A DNA stretch of 64,000 nt from Candidatus Saccharimonadota bacterium. GTDB lineage: Bacteria > Patescibacteriota > Saccharimonadia > Saccharimonadales > AWTP1-31. The translations under genes were made by a program, and so were the position numbers. The notes beneath the pieces are model-generated. The model saw nothing but the letters and a program-made list of their open reading frames with translations, had not been told where the DNA came from and searched no databases. How positions within the stretch are numbered: position 1 is the first letter of the stretch; each line of letters opens with the position of its first letter. The stretch spans positions 23,009 through 87,008 of the forward strand of contig JBPOHZ010000006.1 of the NCBI GenBank assembly GCA_052034955.1, read 5' to 3'. Positions 58,301 to 64,000 of the stretch are shown here, piece by piece.

Positions 58301-58675
58301 AGACTTCATGTCACGGTCCTTGATTCCAAGCTTGTTGGCTCGAACATTGTTGCCTAGTCCCGTTTCTTCCTCTAGCTTACGAAGCTCTTCTATGGCATTG
58401 TCGGTAAACTCTTCTCTACCCGATTTTCTACCGGAACTATTGGCAACATCTAATAATTCTTGGTCCGATAAGCTGCTTGATTGATAGTCACTTCTACCAC
58501 TGTTTGCAATGTCCATAAGCTCATTATCAGATACTTGACTTGACTCATATCGGGGATCATCGACATACAGGCCGTCATCACTATAGGCGGCTTCCATCTC
58601 CTTTTGCTGAAGAAGTCTGGCTCTTTCCTCGTCATCGTAGATTTGGTTTGGATTGTCTTGTAGGTCGACGCTCAT
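55313..58675 (-). CDS. 1120-aa polytopic VirB6-like protein with a C-terminal M15 (VanY/LAS) peptidase domain
   Basis: Acidic N-terminus. TM near aa 175-205. Gly/Ala-rich hydrophobic cluster at aa ~470-700. C-terminal PGKSMHQTGYAVDM and LEAWHWD zinc-site motifs. Confidence 0.7.
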   Translation of the reverse strand: MSVDLQDNPNQIYDDEERARLLQQKEMEAAYSDDGLYVDDPRYESSQVSDNELMDIANSGRSDYQSSSLSDQELLDVANSSGRKSGREEFTDNAIEELRKLEEETGLGNNVRANKLGIKDRDMKSLSEALREAEDRRRNGENWNDADSFYKENKNTGKRGPRGLVALVDNKRKKFVASTLTLAVASTVFGVIGMSAGPAKFIFLGDTLEKGHFWTQEDMSAIRMYKLMRNVRYAIKSPEKLRLSSLQNLMTKPVDARMKQSGFDIELSDRLAQNKAIVFDVDKVDPTNRLAELKGKSPDQILEHFKTNYGMDGVVEGDLIKFSTSVEDLSPREINKVYRSVLKATGYHRLSGPGRARLLTKRGGSPGMLHPIKKADEAILRKVDEKLRFGEWQKKIGKKFKDGVKKGKATFASKKETTTDADGNTTDATDPDLDSAASTADDVGNINPDAPDASTGVESKLSGIGNNAALRKAGAVTAVAGVVCLAQAISNDIDNIRQNNLVLPLMRLGMEMISLRYQIQAGEDVNLNQLKYHSKQLANETADATKNWANDKSLQFERGFAKLTGRDIPDSIQYDPSRNPVSKFLNGVPGLSGACGVLGSPFGTIATMAIDIGTGPVSAVVGLVASELFAGPAIQGLSNWIAGDQVNLGLLRASAFAGASNYGARFAANESMAAAGGAELSPEVAMENRQEKLAIQHEEFSKKSLAQRLFDTTDSSSLVGQVAMATPGSSLGMVQTLSTSLTRPFTMVGSTFSGIMSTSLFADEAKDSYDYGFPEIGYSYSQVNDPSLDNPYKNAEEVRTILSSSRGQDYIDRAKECFNISIDKDGNVSSKASTVMYAKIIDNEECGANSGTASLNVANQKYASTKPVTGEVRGATTDKNWLKVRMLIFDTQLLESAACIEGVDDKSCDNLAMSTSGATATVSAPQAAESVPADVVDPAKLGYNSKDTACAQGSNDLGNVKSRYTGALKKEEGALEIKLCQIPDLPGGGQDTTGKKISGGIVVNSTVSGAWVALARKAKADGVSLSAGSSFRLADSCGGTGNGKLCAAPGKSMHQTGYAVDMANMSGTGGSTCASRARLPNNKGWKWMDDNAPKFGIKQYSLEAWHWDSGPTDSRCGTGE

Positions 58676-58681
58676 CTACAG

Positions 58682-60598
58682 CTACACTCCTGGAGTCAGT
58701 CGGTTAGCAAGGTCTATTGTTCCCTGGGGTTGATCCAGATCACCTTGCTGGTTTATCTGCTGAACTTGATCGGGGTTGGTAGTAATCAGGTTCATCTCGG
58801 TTGGGCTAGATGTAATCTGGATATGGACGTGGCTTTGGCCAGCAAAGAATAGTCCTTGCCCAACTGGGAACTGGCTTAGGCGCTTGCGTTCTTCGCTGGT
58901 TAGTCTAAAGACTTCGGCTAGGGTATCAACTGCCGAGCTAGACTGCTTAAGCAATAATTGCATACTGGCGTTAGCTACAATGGCTCGACCCATACGACTG
59001 CCCATAAAGTCTTCGACGTCCTGGCTGATGGTTGTAATACCAAGGTTGTATTTACGAGCACGTTTAGCCAAACTGAACATAAAGTTAGCCGAATCTTCGT
59101 ACTTCATAAGCTGCCAAGCTTCGTCGATGATCAGCATTCGTCGACGTTGGTCGCTTTTAGTCTTGTTCCAAATGTAGTTCAGGACGATATACATAGCTAC
59201 CGGACGAAGCTCGTCTTCGAGGTCACGAATATTAAAGACTACCATTGGATTGTTGATGTCAGTGTTAGACTGCTGGCTAAAGATGCCGGCAAAAGTACCC
59301 GTGGTGTACTTACGTAATCTTTGAGCTAATTGCGGCCCAGTACCACCCATATGGAGTAATGTGTCATACAAATCAACGATGGTTGGCGGAATGCTGTTGT
59401 GAGTTAGAGGGTCATTAGTGATGCCAGCCTTGGCATATGTTTCGATAAGCGCAGCGTCAAGATCAGACTCTTCTACCGGACTAAGCACCGGCATAGCAGC
59501 CGCCCCTCCGGCCATCATCTGAGCCTGTGCACCACCCATCATCAGGCGTAGCAGGCCGTGTAAGGTTATAATGTTGCTCCGAAGTGCGTTATCGGATTCT
59601 TCACTGTCCACAACTTTTGGCAAGTCGAATGGGTTAATTCTGGTAGCAGAACTTAAGCTTAGTCGGACATAGGCGCCGCCCACTGCCTCACACATTCTTT
59701 GGTATTCGTTCTCGGGGTCGATGATGAATATTTCGGTACCAAACATTAAACTTCTAAGAGCCTCTAGTTTTACGGCAAATGACTTACCGGCACCGGATTT
59801 GGCGAAGACTACCGAGTTGCCGTTTTCTAGGCTAAAACGGTCGAATAATACCAGGCCAGAATTGTGCATGTTTATGCCGTACAAGATACCATTATCCTGA
59901 CTAAGGTCAGCGCTGGTGAATGGGAAGCTGGTACTGATAGCGCCAGTATTCATGTTGCGCCGAATCTGAAGCTGGTCCATAAACTGCGGCACAGTACTGT
60001 TAAAGGCCTGTTCTTGCTGGCTGGTAGCCACCTTAGAATAAACAAGTTGTTGACCAAGTACGGATTCGATCTTATGAGTTACAAACTCTAATTCGTCCAT
60101 GCTGCCGGCATAGATAGTGAAGTATAAGCCAAAGCGGAAGAAGCGTTCTTCCCCGACCTGTAGCTTGTCACGCATTTCCTCGGCGTCCATAATTGCAGCT
60201 TGCTTACCGGGGTCACGGGTATGACCTTTTTCGGCATCGATCTGGATACCGGCTTCTAGTTGAGTTACTTTTTTACGTAAGTTTTCCAGAACCACTTGGC
60301 TTTCTACTGGGTAAACGTAGATGGATAGGTCCATGACCTCGTCCATATTAACCATGCTACTCAACCAACCGGTAAAGATTTGTCTAGGGTAGCCGTACAC
60401 ATAGAATGTTCGGGCCATTCGAGTTCCGATATGGAAGAAGGCGTTCTCGTAGGCCAATGAGCTTGGGGCAATAAAGTCTCGTAAAGCGGTGACACCTTTT
60501 TGGAAGGCGGCTTGGACTTCTTGCTCCTCTAGTGCTCTTTGTGCTTGGGCGGCAGCTACCGGGTCGACAGATTGTTGTTTCTTGTTTCCAAAGGCCAT
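58682..60598 (-). CDS. virB4: VirB4/TrsE/PrgJ-type type IV secretion ATPase
   Basis: Walker A FAKSGAGKSF, Walker B MLIIDEAWQL. N-terminal IAPSSLAYENAFFHIGTRMARTFYVYGYP is typical of Gram-positive VirB4 homologues. 638 aa. Confidence 0.88.
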   Translation of the reverse strand: MAFGNKKQQSVDPVAAAQAQRALEEQEVQAAFQKGVTALRDFIAPSSLAYENAFFHIGTRMARTFYVYGYPRQIFTGWLSSMVNMDEVMDLSIYVYPVESQVVLENLRKKVTQLEAGIQIDAEKGHTRDPGKQAAIMDAEEMRDKLQVGEERFFRFGLYFTIYAGSMDELEFVTHKIESVLGQQLVYSKVATSQQEQAFNSTVPQFMDQLQIRRNMNTGAISTSFPFTSADLSQDNGILYGINMHNSGLVLFDRFSLENGNSVVFAKSGAGKSFAVKLEALRSLMFGTEIFIIDPENEYQRMCEAVGGAYVRLSLSSATRINPFDLPKVVDSEESDNALRSNIITLHGLLRLMMGGAQAQMMAGGAAAMPVLSPVEESDLDAALIETYAKAGITNDPLTHNSIPPTIVDLYDTLLHMGGTGPQLAQRLRKYTTGTFAGIFSQQSNTDINNPMVVFNIRDLEDELRPVAMYIVLNYIWNKTKSDQRRRMLIIDEAWQLMKYEDSANFMFSLAKRARKYNLGITTISQDVEDFMGSRMGRAIVANASMQLLLKQSSSAVDTLAEVFRLTSEERKRLSQFPVGQGLFFAGQSHVHIQITSSPTEMNLITTNPDQVQQINQQGDLDQPQGTIDLANRLTPGV

Positions 60599-61557
60599 TA
60601 CTGCATCTCCCTGTCTAGGTCTGGTTGCCTAGCTTCGCCGACACCTTTGGTTACGACTGGAGCGCTCAAGTCCTTGAAGTTCTTAAGTTGCTGCCTGGTG
60701 GCCGTATCGGGGTTGTAGGTATCGTAGTAAAGTTCGATTAACTCCTGTGTATCTAATGGCAATCCCTGCACACCACATTGCATAAGACCGCCCAAAACGG
60801 CTTGGACGCGGTTACGTAGCTCGTCCTTTGCCTTGCCAAGGTCGATTTCGTTAATGATTACTTGCTGAGTTGGCTTGTTGCCAAACATATTGGTAATTCC
60901 GGCGATCAGTCCTTTGCTGGCATCGAGGGTCTTTTGCAGGTCGGCAGCTGGGAAATACGGTATAACAACATAGAACTTCTTGTCCATAATGTTGGTTTGT
61001 TGGCTAAGTTGACTCATAAACTCGATGTAGTCTTCCATAAGTAATGCCAGAAGCATGTTGTCGTGCTCGGTGCGTATTTTATCGAGCTTTTCGATGTAGG
61101 GCCCTAGGTCTACTTTGGAACTTCGAACGGTGATCTGGATTGGGAAGTATAATGAGTTTAGGAAGCCCTGGTAGCTGTATTCTACAGCTTCCCTTTCCTG
61201 GGGGCTCATGAGGTCAAAGTTGACGGCCTTGACCATTACTACCGACCTAAAACTGCCATCGTTCATAATGACGATTCCGTCCCTGACTTCAGCAATCTGA
61301 AGTGAGTTCTGAGTGCTATTGGGGTTGGATTTTGGTACTACGGCCGGCGCCTGAACTCCTCCGGCAGGAGCATTAGGATTATAAATGTTAGGCGGTGGAG
61401 CCGTTGGAGCGATGGCTCCCGGCATAGCGTACTCTTGACCACCAATACCGGATGAGGCTGGGTTGGCAGAAGCTGGCGGTGCGCCAGCGGCAACAGGCGG
61501 CTGGTACGCACCAACAGGATTTGGATTACCGGCTGGTGATTGACTAAATGGATCCAT
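60598..61557 (-). CDS. T4SS-associated protein: Pro-rich N-terminus plus a VirB4-N-domain-like module without ATPase motifs
   Basis: 319 aa. The first ~85 aa are Pro/Ala/Gly-rich. Then IAEVRDGIVIMNDGSFRSVVMVKAVNFDLMSPQEREAVEYSYQGFLNSLYFPIQITVRS. The stop overlaps the virB4 start. Confidence 0.55.
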   Translation of the reverse strand: MDPFSQSPAGNPNPVGAYQPPVAAGAPPASANPASSGIGGQEYAMPGAIAPTAPPPNIYNPNAPAGGVQAPAVVPKSNPNSTQNSLQIAEVRDGIVIMNDGSFRSVVMVKAVNFDLMSPQEREAVEYSYQGFLNSLYFPIQITVRSSKVDLGPYIEKLDKIRTEHDNMLLALLMEDYIEFMSQLSQQTNIMDKKFYVVIPYFPAADLQKTLDASKGLIAGITNMFGNKPTQQVIINEIDLGKAKDELRNRVQAVLGGLMQCGVQGLPLDTQELIELYYDTYNPDTATRQQLKNFKDLSAPVVTKGVGEARQPDLDREMQ

Positions 61558-61599
61558 GTATTTGTTTACCCACCCTCAAGTTTGACCTCTCTAGAAAGA

Positions 61600-62628
61600 C
61601 TAATGAAGCGAAACAACAACTTCGTCATTTCCGGCTTCGCGAGCCAAACTATCGACGTTACGATCGTTGTTTCTAGCAAGTTCAATTGTACCAGGCATAG
61701 CGGTGGGTGTCACTGGTGGAGTAGCTGGTTTTTGGGCATTGGGATCATAAGGATTTATGGTTCGATGATTTCGGAGGGTATGAGAGCTGGCGGCTCGCTT
61801 TGAGTTTATATTGTCGAGCAAACCAGCATCGTCAGGATCTATAGTACTTCCAGCTGCGCTAAACAGGGGCGACAGTCCGGTATCGTCAGAGATGGAAGGC
61901 GCTTGAGTGGTGGTAAAACTGGACTGTCCTGGAGCTGCTGGCGCACCCATAAACCATAGATTATCTGCTGGTGCCTGTAAGCCCGTCTTTAAGCCTGCTT
62001 CTCGGGTGTCGTCAATCTTTTCCATGACCCTGCCCTTTAGTTGAGTACTACTATTGGAGATGGCTGAATCGATTTGCTGTGCTCGTGCCGTGTCAAATAT
62101 ATCAACTTCACCATCGGTGTCATTATTATGCACTGAAGGCAATGTAGATGCATCGACTAGTCGATCTGTAGCAACTCCAGCCGTTGCTTCTTGCAATGAG
62201 GAACCCTTAATTACCCAGCCACGACTGTCGATAGTATTGGCCAAGGCCTCTAATCTACTCTTTACCTCAATTTGCGATAAATTATCTCCAGTAAATTGCT
62301 CAACTGGAGGCGGCGCAGTAATTTTGACCAGTTCTTGCATGCCACTTTGATCCCAAATTCGCTTTCGAGGCTTAAACATAAATCGAATTTTAGCCAAAAG
62401 CCATGTTTCGGTAGGTTGATCCCTTCCCCATGGGAACGCCAAAAAGCCAGTCACAATAATGACTGGAACGAGAGGCATAGAGAGTAGCCAAATACCTCTA
62501 GTGATAAAAACTACAGATAAGTAAGCGCTAACAACAGCTATGGCACCAAAAATACACTGCTTAAGTGTCAGTGGTCCAAAAAACTTATCCTCTGCTTCAA
62601 TATCTTGAAGCACCTTATAGGTCGCCAT
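61600..62628 (-). CDS. PrgI/VirB3-like two-helix membrane protein with a long C-terminal extension
   Basis: MATYKVLQDIEAEDKFFGPLTLKQCIFGAIAVVSAYLSVVFI plus a second helix LLSMPLVPVIIVTGFLAF match the PrgI-family N-terminal pattern. Total length 342 aa. Confidence 0.65.
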   Translation of the reverse strand: MATYKVLQDIEAEDKFFGPLTLKQCIFGAIAVVSAYLSVVFITRGIWLLSMPLVPVIIVTGFLAFPWGRDQPTETWLLAKIRFMFKPRKRIWDQSGMQELVKITAPPPVEQFTGDNLSQIEVKSRLEALANTIDSRGWVIKGSSLQEATAGVATDRLVDASTLPSVHNNDTDGEVDIFDTARAQQIDSAISNSSTQLKGRVMEKIDDTREAGLKTGLQAPADNLWFMGAPAAPGQSSFTTTQAPSISDDTGLSPLFSAAGSTIDPDDAGLLDNINSKRAASSHTLRNHRTINPYDPNAQKPATPPVTPTAMPGTIELARNNDRNVDSLAREAGNDEVVVSLH

Positions 62629-62672
62629 AGCTAATAGTATAAGCTATATAGCTCGGTTGTTGTAGATATCTA

Positions 62673-64000
62673 CTATCTTATTTGAGCACCAAGAGCGGCA
62701 AGATCTTTAGAACTTAGGCCAATTCTAGGTTTAGGCGGCCTTGAAAGGATGTCTGTAACTTCGTCGATATCAAGTTCGTGATCACGAACAAACTGGTCTC
62801 TTTCACCTACTGGTGTAGCAGCGTACTGGTTATATATTTCCCAGCCTACATGGCGATCGATAATCTCTTGCATTTTATCGGCGTCTTCAAGAGGATTTGC
62901 AATTGTATAGTCAGGATCAGCTTCGCCAGGGTTATTGACGTAGTACATCTGCTTAGCTATGTCCCAAAGTGCCCAGGTTTTGCTCTCGCCATACTTACTA
63001 GTAGTTATGCCTACAGCTTCGAGTTTGAGCTTCATCTGCTCAATGGCTTTTTCGGCAACTTCTTCAAGTTTTGGCATACCTTCTTGAGATGCAAGTTCTT
63101 GAAGGGCCTTGGTATATTTTTTACCAGCTTCGCCGTCTATAACCGCCTTAAGTGCATTTGCTCTTTCTGCAGCATTAGAAGGGTCACTAGACCTTAGTAC
63201 GTCACTATAACTCAAAGCTTCAATAGCATCTTCCCTACTTAACGCTGGAAATGCTGCTGTGGTTTCTGGAGCTGCTGCAGTACCGCTATCTAAAGATTCT
63301 AGATATGTCTTTATATCTTCTTTCTTCTGTTCTGCTGCAACTTTAAGTGCTTCATATCGCCTAGATTCTTTAGTTACAGAATCTTTATAATTAGAACCTT
63401 TTCTCTCCGCTCTTTGAGTTAGTCTTTCGTTGACATTTCTAGCTGTCTGAAGACCTCTTGCAGTACCGCTTAAAGCCTTGGAAATTCTTTCTGAAGCTAC
63501 GGCAGAGCTTGCAGACCTAAGGACATCTACAATTCGGTCAATTTTAGCTGACCTTTGAACTCTTGTTACATACTTTTCTCTTTGTGAGTTTGAACGTCTT
63601 GCGTCGGTATTATGTCGTCTTGCAGACCTCTTAACTTCTTTATCGCTTTTTCGGTAAGCTTTTTCAACTTTACTTAAGTTTCTTACCTCTCTTGCTTCTT
63701 CGGTCTTTTCTTTTGCAGTAATATATTGTTTTTCGGCATTCTTTGGTTTTGGATGACCAACGGTTTTTGATTTTCTAGTTGCTCCACGCACGCTTCTATT
63801 TACGCGTTTTTCATAGAGGCTCTTCTTGGTTTTAGGATTAATAATGGTTTCTAGTTTAGCTTCTCGTTTTTCATTTCTGCTAAGCTTTGGATTAACACTT
63901 ATTTTAAGCCTATCAACAGTGTTTCGAATCTTTTTAGGCGCACCCATGTTACTCGGATCAGTAATAGTCTGACGTCCTCTTACCTTGGTCTGAGCCTTTT
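62673..64000 (-). CDS. Basic N-terminal / acidic C-terminal protein, first visible gene of the T4SS-like operon (may extend past right edge)
   Basis: The track start is ATG 63947, but the frame is open to position 64000 (…KAQTKVRGRQTITDPSN-MGAPKK…). About 200 aa are Lys/Arg-rich, followed by an acidic globular C-domain. No family recognised. Confidence 0.55.
   Translation of the reverse strand, partial: KAQTKVRGRQTITDPSNMGAPKKIRNTVDRLKISVNPKLSRNEKREAKLETIINPKTKKSLYEKRVNRSVRGATRKSKTVGHPKPKNAEKQYITAKEKTEEAREVRNLSKVEKAYRKSDKEVKRSARRHNTDARRSNSQREKYVTRVQRSAKIDRIVDVLRSASSAVASERISKALSGTARGLQTARNVNERLTQRAERKGSNYKDSVTKESRRYEALKVAAEQKKEDIKTYLESLDSGTAAAPETTAAFPALSREDAIEALSYSDVLRSSDPSNAAERANALKAVIDGEAGKKYTKALQELASQEGMPKLEEVAEKAIEQMKLKLEAVGITTSKYGESKTWALWDIAKQMYYVNNPGEADPDYTIANPLEDADKMQEIIDRHVGWEIYNQYAATPVGERDQFVRDHELDIDEVTDILSRPPKPRIGLSSKDLAALGAQIR

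Overview
Gene-dense chromosomal window, roughly 90% coding by eye. Many genes overlap by 1-8 nt, and convergent genes overlap at their 3' ends. It contains the replication origin at 45.8-52.1 kb: jag-yidC-rnpA-rpmH (minus) | DnaA-box region | dnaA | second DnaA-box region | dnaN-recF (plus). The genetic code is standard; TGA is used as a stop, e.g. 28473-28475. Gene content fits a small-genome monoderm bacterium: short archaeal-type AspRS, LCP ligase, Gram-positive-type YidC and VirB4/PrgI parts, no outer-membrane or LPS genes, many small membrane-anchored orphans, isolated aroD/aroE. The most plausible placement is Patescibacteria/CPR of the Saccharibacteria type, but that is inference only. 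Block 1 (1-22.3 kb) holds housekeeping genes, envelope genes (uppP, GtrA, LCP, a frameshifted RND pump) and several family-less Arg-rich cytoplasmic orphans. Block 2 (22.4-45.3 kb) is a cell-wall glycan locus: WbaP-like initiator, rfbBCDA, ugd, GT2/GT4 enzymes, a Wzm/Wzt ABC exporter whose ATPase carries a C-terminal glycan-binding-type domain, a methyltransferase, two DUF616-like paralogs, an O-antigen-ligase-like protein and a 794-aa nine-repeat surface protein. Block 3 is the origin. Block 4 (52.1-64.0 kb) is a nine-gene minus-strand operon with a VirB4 ATPase, a PrgI/VirB3-like protein, a polytopic VirB6-like protein fused to an M15 peptidase, and a three-domain peptidoglycan hydrolase. 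No relaxase or coupling protein is in view, and this operon is my best candidate for the unusual system. I saw no rRNA, tRNA, CRISPR array, transposase, integrase or reverse transcriptase. All family calls rest on motif recognition by eye; nothing was searched against a database.
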